A DNA stretch of 64,000 bases, from sequence record OR620964.1, one strand, 5' to 3'. The notes under the pieces were generated by a model. It did no database searches and was not told where the DNA came from. It saw only the letters and a list, made by a program, of their open reading frames with translations. The position numbers and the translations under genes are program-made. This document shows, piece by piece, positions 53,907 to 64,000 of this stretch; position 1 is the first letter of the stretch, and the number at the start of each line of letters is the position of its first letter.

Positions 53907-56221
53907 CTTGGTTCTACCTTAATGCACAGGTTAGCCGTCAACTTGGCGCCGTATCCAGTAACGTTTGCTCCGACTACACGCATCTTAGCAACGACATCTA
54001 CGTAGCCTGCTGCGTGGTTCTCTATAAGCAATTCGTATAGCTGGTTGATACTGGCGTTACTATATGCCACAGTCTCATTGGTTGAAGTAAGGAAATTGAA
54101 TCCTGCCTTACCACTTCCTTTAACCCCACGACCATACTCAGTTTCAATATACCCTGGTCCGCGTGTTGAGAGAACAAACTCTACGTGCTCATTACCACTA
54201 AGCACTGCGAAGCCAGGACCAAGCTCTGCAATGAAGTCTGCCGAGCAAGTCACAACGATAGCTTTCTTAAAATCAATACGCTGTACAACAACAATTTCTT
54301 CAACATCATCATTGGTATCTTGAATGTTATAGATTGCTTTTGGATCAGCTTCTGCCGCAAGTGCTGCATCAGTATTGATTGTTATTGCTGGCCACTTTCC
54401 TGCTATCGAAATGCCTTTACCTGCAATAACATCAGGCTTAAACATTGGTACGATAAGAGGACTCATTCCCTGACGAGAGAAACTATAACCATCAGGAGTT
54501 GGCAGAACGTCTACGATAACGCCTTCAATGGAAGTATCTTGGGAGCCAACAGATTTAACGTTCTCAAAGATAGTGAATTCCACAGTCGTATCAGCAGGTA
54601 CAGAACTAAGAGTACGAACAACGTTATTAACCAGTGTGAAGTCAGTGCCGTGTACAGCAAGGCCACCAACATTCATCACAACATATGCCTTGGATAGCGG
54701 AGTTAGCGGCAGAATAAACTCAGACTGAGGCATTGTTGTTTCAAAGTGTGCAACACGTATGCGAGACGTCCAGCCAGCACGTTCTTCATATCGGGCGCAG
54801 TATAGGCTTACTTTATTTCCACTAGGAATACTATCAGTGAAAGCAAGTCTGATACTGTTCTGAATAGCATAGCTTGTAACTGGCTGCCATACGTTACCAA
54901 CGATAGCAAACACTTGGTCAGCACTATCAACAGCAGTACCCAAACTAAATACAGAAGTCTGGCCATCACCAGTTGCTTCTACAATTTCCATATTCAGAAC
55001 ATGGCCTTGAGTTGGCTCTGTGCGGAACATGCGTAGGTCAAGTGTCATCTGACTAGGAACATTACCACCTAAGTCTAGACTCTGACCGCGTGTTATATAG
55101 CTTGTTCTACTTTGCATAACACCTGACGTGATACACAATACATCAGCAGAAGAGGCAATATCTTGTCCCATCGGATATGATAGTTGGTCTGGATATGCTG
55201 TAGTCGTAATAGAGCTAAAGATCAACTTACCAGGCGGAGTAAATAGAGTAGCAGTTGTTTGTCGATTGCCGCCACTTACAGATGACCAGTACGGCTTGTC
55301 GTCTTCTCCACGGCACAGTACCCATTCTTTAGGCACTTCATTGTTGAGAGGCCAAGGAATGCCAGTCGTAGGCATCAGTGGGTTTGTTATTCTTCTCCAA
55401 ATAGCTACAGTAGAGCTAGCACTAATGAAAGGAATAACTTGTCCTTGGTTAACTAACTGACCGCCAAGCATTTTATAGTGACGACATGCTCCTGCACCTG
55501 GGCCAGATATTACTTGGAGTATAACAATCTCAGCAGAGTTAAGCACAAGGTCAGTTATCTTAAACGTATTAGCGTTTATAAACGACGTTCCTAATTGCTT
55601 TGCCCATACACGGTCATGCTCACTGAATCCCCAATTATACCCACCGGGCCCGTAACGATATGCTACACCAGGGCTTCCAGTATTATCACTATTCGTATGC
55701 AAGTCTAGGACGCTAACTGCGTTGAATTGATTGTCGTTGGAGCTAGGTAATGCTTCAAGTTTTGCTACACTCGGTATTGTGGAATAGTCATAGAGTGTAA
55801 CATCAATAATCTTTTGTATGTCTTGTTGAACGTGCACCAAAAGACTAATTCGGTTAAGAGAATTAGGCACTGCAATGATCGGGTCACGTAACACAACATG
55901 ACCGAATGTACGATTATCTTCCAGTAAGATTAGAAGCTCACCAACACTCTTCATTGCTTCGCCCGCTACATAATCCACCTTAATATCAAAGACGAATCGA
56001 GCGCTATTTTCTGTTAGAATTTGCACAAAAGATAAGTCACCTGACGCAAGCTCGTTACCCAATAGCGTTGTAGGTACATCATTCGGATTCTGCCCGATAT
56101 AATCCCCTGCCTTAAATCCAACAGGACGTATAATAATCCCGCCACTATTGGCATTAGCTATTGCTTGTTCTCCCTCAGGCGTTAGTCTTAGCGCATTAAC
56201 ATATATCGATGTTGTGGCCAT
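53903..56221 (-). CDS. baseplate-attached tail fibre/structural protein
   Basis: N-terminal LTPEG..AIANA..GG fibre-attachment-like segment; repeated F.L......V.V...G..Q....Y modules. Confidence 0.75.
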   Translation of the reverse strand: MATTSIYVNALRLTPEGEQAIANANSGGIIIRPVGFKAGDYIGQNPNDVPTTLLGNELASGDLSFVQILTENSARFVFDIKVDYVAGEAMKSVGELLILLEDNRTFGHVVLRDPIIAVPNSLNRISLLVHVQQDIQKIIDVTLYDYSTIPSVAKLEALPSSNDNQFNAVSVLDLHTNSDNTGSPGVAYRYGPGGYNWGFSEHDRVWAKQLGTSFINANTFKITDLVLNSAEIVILQVISGPGAGACRHYKMLGGQLVNQGQVIPFISASSTVAIWRRITNPLMPTTGIPWPLNNEVPKEWVLCRGEDDKPYWSSVSGGNRQTTATLFTPPGKLIFSSITTTAYPDQLSYPMGQDIASSADVLCITSGVMQSRTSYITRGQSLDLGGNVPSQMTLDLRMFRTEPTQGHVLNMEIVEATGDGQTSVFSLGTAVDSADQVFAIVGNVWQPVTSYAIQNSIRLAFTDSIPSGNKVSLYCARYEERAGWTSRIRVAHFETTMPQSEFILPLTPLSKAYVVMNVGGLAVHGTDFTLVNNVVRTLSSVPADTTVEFTIFENVKSVGSQDTSIEGVIVDVLPTPDGYSFSRQGMSPLIVPMFKPDVIAGKGISIAGKWPAITINTDAALAAEADPKAIYNIQDTNDDVEEIVVVQRIDFKKAIVVTCSADFIAELGPGFAVLSGNEHVEFVLSTRGPGYIETEYGRGVKGSGKAGFNFLTSTNETVAYSNASINQLYELLIENHAAGYVDVVAKMRVVGANVTGYGAKLTANLCIKVEPR

Positions 56222-56264
56222 TTAAAACTCCCATTGTATCAACGCTTTTAAATTAGCGAGATCC

Positions 56265-56303
56265 AAAAGGCTCCTAGAGAACATCTGCCCTCAGGAGCCT
56301 TTT
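56265..56303. terminator. intrinsic terminator after the 1508-aa gene
   Basis: AAAAGGCTCCT...AGGAGCCTTTT. Confidence 0.8.
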
Positions 56304-56307
56304 ATTT

Positions 56308-59300
56308 TTATTGATATCTCACGGTGATAACAGCGACGCCGAACGCACGAGCATCTGACCTGTAGATATGCATATTCTCTGATACGTTGTCATAAGATTT
56401 CCGAACAACTAGCGGGCCTGTTAATCCATTATCGCCAGTGATAGGCCATCTTGCCCCATTAAATCCATTCCAATCAGGATTAACTACACCCTGACCATCA
56501 GAACCCGGTGCAAACAACGCGTCGCCGTAACTAGCACGACACATAAAGTAACCATAGTCCTCTGTTCTAGGACTAAGAACAAACGTACCACCAACACTAG
56601 ACCTTAATCTCTGGACAAGCACCTGCTCTGCGGTAGTAATAGTGTTAACGCCATAAGGTGCTGAACCATATCTCGGATAGCTTGAGTAGGCAGTCATTGG
56701 GTGTAGGATAGTTAATCGCACATCCTGTTCAATATAGGTTACTCTCACACAGAAGTTAGTATCAGACAGTAGTTGATCAATTCGCAGAATACCTTTCTGA
56801 TCAATGCTGATACCTTGAACGGTAACCGTATCACCTTGCACGTTGGTCACAGTCCATAATGCCTTCTCGGTCACATCCTCTTTGTTGAACGTAGCACTAC
56901 GACCCAGCATAGCTTTCATCTGCATCGTACTATCATCACGGACGTTTGTGAATCCGACAATTGAAATGTCTTGTGGGAATCCAATACCAGGGCACACAAT
57001 CAACATTGTTTTATCGATTGAAGTACGCTGCTCTGTCAGCACACAACCGACCTGAACTTCTTGCTGTGTCTTCTGAGGAATGAATTGGAATACACCACTA
57101 GGCGATATCGTAAAGCCAGGCACAGAATCTTGAACATACCACGCGAAATTAACACTATCAGAATCAGGATTAATGTTACTTGCGGTGCTTCCTGACCGTC
57201 TTGTGTATTCCATTATTGCTTGGTACTCTTTGTTTGGCTCAATGTTTGACGGAGGAACATCAGGCACCGCTTCAATAATGGTTCGTGTACTATTGAAAGT
57301 AATCACACGCGTACCTGTAATCACTTCCTCCTGTACGTTCACAGGGTTCGTTGTCAAGTATCTGACATTGATTCGGATCTTAGCATCAGATAACTGTGGC
57401 TCTGCTATATACAGCGCACCCGTCAGGCTATCTATAGATACCGCTTCTACGTTTGTTTCAGCACCTATTTCCCAAATGGCATCGGTTGGTAATAGTTCTG
57501 TGCTATCAGACAGCAGCACACGAATAGAGTACGGGATAAACCAACGCCCATTCTCATACTTAGCTGTACTGTTTCGCTCAAATATATCCCAAACAACTTC
57601 TTGGCCTATAACAGTTATGGATCGCAAGTATTCGTTAGCCTGTGTCATGTAGACCAATAGGAAGCGTTCAATAGCAGCACCATCACAAAGGAACTGGGCA
57701 CGAATCCTGATAGCACCATTAACATTGAGTATTGGTGTTACATACCCATCATCATCTATGGCAGCAATCGGGTCTTGCGTTGGGATAAGGATTTGATCGC
57801 CAGATGGGTCTATCTCTGTAAGATAATGATCTTGGATTGACCACGTTGCTGTCACCTCCATATCAAACTGAGATTTCTCACCCTGCACATAACTACCATC
57901 GAGAATCTGCGTTATACCAGAAAGCTCATACGTATTCACCAGAGCATAACTTTCTGTAGCAGAGCCAGCACTAAACGTTGTGGCGCCATCGATACGGCTA
58001 TTAAGGATTTTATTAATGCTATCTCTTGGCGTAGGCACAATAAGCAGGTCATGCTTTGTCTCGATACGGTAGAATCGTGCAACAACAGAACTCTGTGTCT
58101 GCTCACTGCACTTACCAACCTGCATGATAGCGCCATCCCAATATGTAGTACGCAACTGCTCTATAGTACCAATTGAGGTAAATATAGGTAGCTTGCTCAC
58201 CTTCATATTACGGAAGTCTCTGATATCAACAGGTGCTCGACCTTCAATTGTTTCTATGATTGCAATACCTGTATACTTAGCAGGGAAGAAGCGAAGCACT
58301 TGGTATTCATCACTATCTTTCTCTGGCCAGTTACCATACCAGTCTGCTGCCTGTACGTATTCTTGTGTGCCATCTTGATAGGTAGCAAACAATCGCACGA
58401 ACGTTCGAGACTGATCATTAATTGTATCTGGACATTCAATTTGTACGTGATCAACAAGGGCACGTTTAGGTACCAGTTGCACATCACGCGTATTGGTGAT
58501 AGTTGTTTCCTCGAAGTTATAGGTCATATGAAGGCGCGCAGCACCATGTAAATCCCCTGCAAAATAAAGCTGCTTAACAGGTGTTTGGCGCTGTAACATT
58601 GCATCATAGATATTCTGGTTTAAGTCAGTTAGGACAAGCGTTATCCAGCGACTGTAGTCAATGTTTTCCAAATCATATTGAGTCGGATCTTGACCTGCTG
58701 CAATAGCTTCTTTCTGTAGTTGCAACAGACGTTCTTTGGCTTCGGTAACTGCCGACTGCGATGGTATGTACTCAACAGTTACCAGTGCCGCAGCACCGTA
58801 AGTAAGACCTGTATTCCACTTTGCCGCTGTCTTGATTGGCAGAGCACCAGCATTGCTGATCTTAGATGCAACAAGTGCATCAATAAGAATAGGCACATAC
58901 TGGGTATCGAACACATCAAACAAACGAGAGAACGTTTTGGTAGTTGTATTATCCAGTACCGTAACATGGATGCTATATTTGATAGGATCATCTGATACTA
59001 CTGGCGCTATGAATGTGCCGTCATTGATATTGATGTCAGGTAGGTTATAGATATTGTTGGGAATATCAGAAGAACTAAACCACTGACCTTTTATCTCTGT
59101 ATAAGCTACGACAATACTTGGATCTCTATTATCGATCTGTTCTTGTGTAGCTCCCTCCGTTACATACAGCGCTTTCGCTATCGGACGAATAACCTGACGT
59201 TCTTCAATGATATCTGGAATGATGATATCAACGGCAGCCAGTACAGACACAGGTGCTGTTAGCATTACCTGAACGGTGTCACTAACTGTTAGGCCATCCA

Positions 59301-60834
59301 TGAATGAAGCACTAAGGCTAGTCATATAGTTAGTGCGCTTCACCTGTGACTTCAATACGTCCTCGACTATTACCACGTCAGGGCTTGTTGCTGTCAATTG
59401 GGGCACAACTATTTTAGTAGTCGTATCATTGTAGGTGACGTGGCACAGGATTGGAGTATCCACGCCTTGAACAATTTCATCCTGCACAACGATTCGCATC
59501 TGAACAGGCACGATTTCCCGAACAGATCTAAACACTTTGAAATACTGTGTAATAGATATGTCAGCGATGCCTTGGTATAATGCGCGTATTGATATCTCTG
59601 TATCTTCTACAGCACTTGGGAGTACCAGAGAGCTACCTGCCATAGCACCCATATCTGGTGTTATGAATACTGCGCCGGATTCGGTCAGCTCTCTTGTTGT
59701 TCCATCTTCATACTTACCATACACACGAATACGAGAAGTTGAATTACCGAATAACGTAGGTGCTTCGATAAAAATCTCTTTCGGGTCTGGCTCAATGCCC
59801 AGAGGAAACATCGTTACCTGCATAGGATGTTCTGTTCCTTGGTAGCTAACTACAATCGGTATAGTTCTAATTGAAGCAGGCTCTTTGAATACAACAGCAT
59901 TCCCATTACGGCTTTCAATAAATTCAGTATCCAATACATAGCACTCTTCTGTTCTGCTTGTGTTATCGGAGAAATTTAAGATAACAGCGAACGTAACAGG
60001 CTCACCGCCATGCACATACTTCGGTTCAATAAACTGCAATGCTGTACGCAAAGGCTGACCGATAGAGAAACGCTTGATAGATTCCGTTACGGTATGCGCA
60101 GATAACAGGATAGATGCACCTATATCTAACGTAGCAAATACTCCGTGCAGCACTTCCTCTATCGGTGCCCATTGATAGAACAATTCAGCCAGTCTACGAT
60201 TGAACATGACGGCACGGGCTGTGCGTTGCTCCACATCTAAGTTAACTGGATCAAACCCTACGTGGTTAAGATGCCACTCAGTAGCCTGTTGCTCTGTTAA
60301 CCCTACTGTCATCAAGGCAGCAATAATCTGAGGCCCGGCTGCACCATCTATTGTCAGATCCAGACCACTATCGATTACATGCGCATCAACCTCAAGGTCA
60401 ACGTGAGTCGTCTTATACCAAGTACCGCCACTCTGAATAAGAGTACCTAAAGGTGTAGGAAGGAACGTAGCATAGTCTGAGGTAAACAGTCTATATGAAT
60501 TAAATTGAGCACCAAGCAGCATACCAACAAACTTAGGCCACTGCGACGTACCTGCAACTAGATTATAATCTGGTAGTGAATCAAATACAGACTTGTATGA
60601 TGTTGTTCTATACTCCATCAGGTCACGCGCAATATTAATCCCCAATTGCCTGACAGATTGCTCGGTCAGGGTATCGTTTGAGGTAGGATCAATTTTACGT
60701 ATACGTAACAGTTGTTCAATCGTTGATAGGTTAAGCTCATCATTGTGCTGGGACATAACCTCAAACAGTTCTTCCCACGCTGGATTATTTTGCAGGAAGT
60801 CTAGATAGAAGAAATCTTCGCTCTGTGTCTTCAC
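56308..60834 (-). CDS. large baseplate wedge protein with Ig-like repeats
   Basis: 1508 aa downstream of baseplate J; N-terminal P2 gpI-like region, repeated A.W......I...G.L Ig-like modules. Confidence 0.75.
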   Translation of the reverse strand: MKTQSEDFFYLDFLQNNPAWEELFEVMSQHNDELNLSTIEQLLRIRKIDPTSNDTLTEQSVRQLGINIARDLMEYRTTSYKSVFDSLPDYNLVAGTSQWPKFVGMLLGAQFNSYRLFTSDYATFLPTPLGTLIQSGGTWYKTTHVDLEVDAHVIDSGLDLTIDGAAGPQIIAALMTVGLTEQQATEWHLNHVGFDPVNLDVEQRTARAVMFNRRLAELFYQWAPIEEVLHGVFATLDIGASILLSAHTVTESIKRFSIGQPLRTALQFIEPKYVHGGEPVTFAVILNFSDNTSRTEECYVLDTEFIESRNGNAVVFKEPASIRTIPIVVSYQGTEHPMQVTMFPLGIEPDPKEIFIEAPTLFGNSTSRIRVYGKYEDGTTRELTESGAVFITPDMGAMAGSSLVLPSAVEDTEISIRALYQGIADISITQYFKVFRSVREIVPVQMRIVVQDEIVQGVDTPILCHVTYNDTTTKIVVPQLTATSPDVVIVEDVLKSQVKRTNYMTSLSASFMDGLTVSDTVQVMLTAPVSVLAAVDIIIPDIIEERQVIRPIAKALYVTEGATQEQIDNRDPSIVVAYTEIKGQWFSSSDIPNNIYNLPDININDGTFIAPVVSDDPIKYSIHVTVLDNTTTKTFSRLFDVFDTQYVPILIDALVASKISNAGALPIKTAAKWNTGLTYGAAALVTVEYIPSQSAVTEAKERLLQLQKEAIAAGQDPTQYDLENIDYSRWITLVLTDLNQNIYDAMLQRQTPVKQLYFAGDLHGAARLHMTYNFEETTITNTRDVQLVPKRALVDHVQIECPDTINDQSRTFVRLFATYQDGTQEYVQAADWYGNWPEKDSDEYQVLRFFPAKYTGIAIIETIEGRAPVDIRDFRNMKVSKLPIFTSIGTIEQLRTTYWDGAIMQVGKCSEQTQSSVVARFYRIETKHDLLIVPTPRDSINKILNSRIDGATTFSAGSATESYALVNTYELSGITQILDGSYVQGEKSQFDMEVTATWSIQDHYLTEIDPSGDQILIPTQDPIAAIDDDGYVTPILNVNGAIRIRAQFLCDGAAIERFLLVYMTQANEYLRSITVIGQEVVWDIFERNSTAKYENGRWFIPYSIRVLLSDSTELLPTDAIWEIGAETNVEAVSIDSLTGALYIAEPQLSDAKIRINVRYLTTNPVNVQEEVITGTRVITFNSTRTIIEAVPDVPPSNIEPNKEYQAIMEYTRRSGSTASNINPDSDSVNFAWYVQDSVPGFTISPSGVFQFIPQKTQQEVQVGCVLTEQRTSIDKTMLIVCPGIGFPQDISIVGFTNVRDDSTMQMKAMLGRSATFNKEDVTEKALWTVTNVQGDTVTVQGISIDQKGILRIDQLLSDTNFCVRVTYIEQDVRLTILHPMTAYSSYPRYGSAPYGVNTITTAEQVLVQRLRSSVGGTFVLSPRTEDYGYFMCRASYGDALFAPGSDGQGVVNPDWNGFNGARWPITGDNGLTGPLVVRKSYDNVSENMHIYRSDARAFGVAVITVRYQ

Positions 60835-62291
60835 TTCATTGACCTCTCGCTGTAGCTGATATTAACCCGAAGATTACGTAATGCCACATACTCTAACATT
60901 GAGTTAGGTATGATATCCTGAATAGGAGAAGGCACGTTTACGTAATCAACTTCCGGGCGCTTGATAGGCTCTTCTGGATTTGTTATATGGTCATACTTTA
61001 CAGCATCAATGATGTCACTTACGGCAAGACGCTTACCTAATGTGCCTGGTGACCGAGAGAAAACATGCTCAATGGCTGTGCGTAACGTATCTTCATTAGA
61101 CTGCCTTGTGCCTGGTGCATCAGAGAACAGTGCAATATCAACAACAACATCAGCACTTAGCTTAGTTGGGTTCCACGTCTGAACATCAAGCATTGGATGC
61201 ATATCAGCAAGCCATTGTAAAAACTTAGTCCACGCGGCAGATGTAGGGTTAGGATTAATGCCTCCCCACGTACTTGTATTGACTGGAAGTACACACAGGC
61301 GCACGACACCCATCCACTCCTTATCATTTGGTGCTATGTCACGCTGTCCCATAACTACGCAGTCTGCCACATCAGGATATAGCATAACCGCAGCTTTCCA
61401 TTCATCAGCACGAATAAGGCGTTTACGACTTCTTCCCACAACAGGCGCGAATGTTTTATAATAGCTTAATGGTGGCTCATTTGCACCACCAGCAACTACA
61501 GTAGTTGTCTTACCTGCAACAGTAAGCAGATTAACTGACTGTACTTTTAGCCCAACTGTATCAGTATTAGCAGCAGCACCAGAAGCAATCAATCCTCGAA
61601 CATGTAACGTCTGGCCAATAGCAGGCTGCGTTCCCCAAAGCTCCCCACCAAATTGAATACTAACATCACCAGTATCGGTAGTTGCGTCCATAAAGATACG
61701 CTGGCCTTGATACGCTTCGAACATTGCTTTTGTATGGCGCTGGTAATCAGTCTTAGCTCCTGTAGTATCCTCTGTCCATACGGATATATCGGTTGTTAGC
61801 TGGGAGTTCTCTGTGCCTAAATCTACTGTCATGTAGTCGTACACATCAGTTAATATCTGTGTGAAGTTAAACACAGTGGCAATAATCATATCTACTGTTT
61901 TAGTTTCGCCTGGCTGCCATTGTGTAATCTCAGATAATAATGCAGGCAGCGTACCGACAACAAATGGCTCGTATTTATCAAACGTTACTTTATTTGCTGT
62001 AGTATTTGTAACGGTACATGTAACATAGGCAGCAGACTTACGTCCAATGTCCACGCCTAAGAATCGGGCGCCCTGTAAGATACTTGTCTTACGTCGTGCC
62101 AACTTAATGAATGCCTCACGCGCTGCGAATCTAGCACTGTAGCCGTTGGTAACGCCGATATCAGCCATAGCATCGGCCAGTAGCGTTGTCAGTGAGCTTA
62201 TCTGTGCATCAGTCCAGTACGTAGTCTCATTGATGCGACGAATAAAGTCTTGGTAGAATTCATCATGGGTAGTAAATGTGTTGAGCAGCAT
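60831..62291 (-). CDS. baseplate wedge subunit (baseplate J / T4 gp6-like)
   Basis: AREAFIKLARRKTSI..A..LG, QFGG..WG..P, GGA..PL, RLIRADEW..AV. Confidence 0.85.
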   Translation of the reverse strand: MLLNTFTTHDEFYQDFIRRINETTYWTDAQISSLTTLLADAMADIGVTNGYSARFAAREAFIKLARRKTSILQGARFLGVDIGRKSAAYVTCTVTNTTANKVTFDKYEPFVVGTLPALLSEITQWQPGETKTVDMIIATVFNFTQILTDVYDYMTVDLGTENSQLTTDISVWTEDTTGAKTDYQRHTKAMFEAYQGQRIFMDATTDTGDVSIQFGGELWGTQPAIGQTLHVRGLIASGAAANTDTVGLKVQSVNLLTVAGKTTTVVAGGANEPPLSYYKTFAPVVGRSRKRLIRADEWKAAVMLYPDVADCVVMGQRDIAPNDKEWMGVVRLCVLPVNTSTWGGINPNPTSAAWTKFLQWLADMHPMLDVQTWNPTKLSADVVVDIALFSDAPGTRQSNEDTLRTAIEHVFSRSPGTLGKRLAVSDIIDAVKYDHITNPEEPIKRPEVDYVNVPSPIQDIIPNSMLEYVALRNLRVNISYSERSMK

Positions 62292-62713
62292 TATGCCAGG
62301 CTCCTCATAGCAAAGTTGATAGAGTTAGATTGTTCTAGCTTAGGACAACGCCACGAGACAGAACAAACAAATGTCATTGTAGCCGAGTCTGCGACCACTA
62401 AGCAGTTAACATCCGTAACGTCGTCGGTAAGCCCGTTATCTGGGTCTTCAATTGCGGTACGGATGTAAGTCTGAATCCATCCGGCAGTCTGTTGATCGAA
62501 TGGTTCAAACAACTGGCTGTATACATTACTACCAAACTTCTCACGCCATTTACGACTACCTTTTCTTGTACCGATAATAAACAGTATCTTCTGTGTAATA
62601 CTATCTATGTCCTGAACAGTATCAAGTAGTTGGATTTTAATATCAGCATGGATATCAGAATAGGTTCTTTGGTCTGGAGGCAGATTAACTCTTGTTTTAA
62701 ATAAGCTGGCCAT
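62291..62713 (-). CDS. gp25/GPW-like baseplate protein
   Basis: SITQKILFIIGTRKGSR.WR..FGS.VY..LFEP. Confidence 0.88.
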   Translation of the reverse strand: MASLFKTRVNLPPDQRTYSDIHADIKIQLLDTVQDIDSITQKILFIIGTRKGSRKWREKFGSNVYSQLFEPFDQQTAGWIQTYIRTAIEDPDNGLTDDVTDVNCLVVADSATMTFVCSVSWRCPKLEQSNSINFAMRSLA

Positions 62714-63003
62714 TATCCAAACCTCACGTTAGGACTTCCATTAGATGCAGTATCATTGCACGTATTACTGTCACCAGCACGTTGTGCCTTTTTCCCATTA
62801 ACAATAACAGAGCCTCCACCTACAGCATATCCAATATGAGGTGGTTTCTCTGGTGCAGAATGCATCTGAAATGCATCACCCTGACGAACACAGCCCTTAC
62901 CATTTATATTTACGTTTGAACTAGCAGCAGTAGCGGGCACTGGAAAGTATCCCTCATGCCCAGTAGTGTTATCAGCACCTAAGCGAATCACTGGTTGTCC
63001 CAT
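62713..63003 (-). CDS. PAAR-motif spike tip protein (T4 gp5.4-like)
   Basis: PVIRLG.D.TTGH, NVNING..CVRQGD...H, V.VNG..A.R.GD. Confidence 0.9.
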   Translation of the reverse strand: MGQPVIRLGADNTTGHEGYFPVPATAASSNVNINGKGCVRQGDAFQMHSAPEKPPHIGYAVGGGSVIVNGKKAQRAGDSNTCNDTASNGSPNVRFG

Positions 63004-63056
63004 ATGTATCTCCTTTGATTATGGTTCAAATTAGACAAAGCAGGCTCCATAGATAC

Positions 63057-63082
63057 AAAAAAGGCCACCCGAAGGCAGCCTT
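63057..63082 (-). terminator. intrinsic terminator upstream of the PAAR gene
   Basis: Minus strand AAGGCTGCC-TTCG-GGTGGCCTTTTTT. Confidence 0.85.
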
Positions 63083-63552
63083 AATTGTTCTGATTGTCCG
63101 GTCGCAGGTTATCCGGTTCGAGGAGCTTGATGCTGTATTACTGTGCTAGACTAAGATCTCAAACAATATTCACCGTCGTGTCATGTAGGATATCATTTAT
63201 CTAATCCAAAGTATTGTGAGGACTATGGAAAGCACACCTCTCAAGTTTTTGTAGGTTGACGGACGTTCTGCCCACTCTATATGTTACGCGCATATGCCTT
63301 GTAAGGTCACACAATCAGATTATTGCCGTAGGTACTACCGTGCTTGGATTTGTCGCTCGTCTACAGAATCTAGAATTCTGCGCTATACGGAGCACATGCC
63401 CAATAGCCGGACGCAGACTTTGTTTGCTCTGCGGAATAAACAAAGTGACTACAAATGTGCCAAGCAAACACATAAGTAGAAGCAACAAGAAGAGTAGTTG
63501 TATCATGGGTTCCTCTTGTCTAGCGTAGCGTTGCTACGGATTCTTTATACTA

Positions 63553-63732
63553 TTAAGCAGGATGATTTTCTTCACCTCCTTCGAAATTAGGTTCTATATT
63601 GCCAGACGCACAATCACATATCCATTGACGCTGTTGTTCTCTCGTCATGTTACTAGGCATTGTGAATGCAGGCGAGGATAATGCACTTTCCATTCTCTTT
63701 ATATCTATAACTACAAAAGGTTCGTTTGACAT
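63553..63732 (-). CDS. hypothetical protein (59 aa), below the ORF-track cutoff
   Basis: AGGA RBS; MSNEPFVVIDIKRMESALSSPAFTMPSNMTREQQRQWICDCASGNIEPNFEGGEENHPA. Confidence 0.6.
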   Translation of the reverse strand: MSNEPFVVIDIKRMESALSSPAFTMPSNMTREQQRQWICDCASGNIEPNFEGGEENHPA

Positions 63733-64000
63733 ATATTTCCTATGGTGTCAGCCTGTTGATCACTAGGTGAAAGCCAATGAGCAACAAGCTGTCTTTCCAA
63801 GCTGTCCGACTTGCCAAATACGTGTCCCCGTTCCCGACTTCAAATAGGTCTGACACAGTTTTGGCTCAAGGCATACTGCTATGAAATACTCCGAGAGCAT
63901 CCTCATAGTGGAGTGTGTATCCTAGGTCTGCGGCGGTTACGTGCTCACCTTTAAGCGTCCTCTTTCAGCATACATGCAGACGCTCCGCACGAGTTCTGTA

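Noticed and set aside
63083-63552. Short ORFs of both strands near the right end, including hydrophobic 63315-63506 (-)
   Set aside because: Conflicting frames, weak RBS support; 63315-63506 may be a real membrane protein but I cannot support it
1-64000. Stop-codon reassignment
   Set aside because: Genes tile densely under the standard code, with all three stops used and no fragmented conserved genes

Overview
This window is a 64-kb segment of a large (jumbo-type) contractile-tailed phage genome. It has two arms that converge at a bidirectional terminator at about 28.45 kb. The + strand arm (1-28.4 kb) holds DNA-modification and nucleotide-metabolism genes plus many small accessory ORFs. The - strand arm (28.5-63 kb) is late/structural: a holin-spanin cassette, a tandem array of paralogous virion protein pairs, fibre and collagen-like proteins (one with a C-terminal Hint domain), baseplate wedge, gp25-like and PAAR genes. 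The organisation recalls Y3/JA11/Lu11/PaBG-type jumbo myoviruses, but that is a recollection, not a database result. The main signal is an apparently complete but dispersed DNA cytosine carboxymethylation/hypermodification pathway. Its parts are an AroQ chorismate mutase (28013-28432; would supply prephenate), the Cx-SAM synthase CmoA (1280-2047), an intein-split C5-cytosine transferase whose motif-X Asn is replaced by Arg (14825-16903; carboxymethyltransferase signature), a glutaminase-less asparagine-synthetase-like amide ligase (2100-2954) and two degenerate glutamate-racemase paralogues (2954-4177). Together they suggest 5-carboxymethylcytosine amidated with an amino acid, possibly a D-amino acid. 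All homology calls are by eye from motifs; no searches were run.
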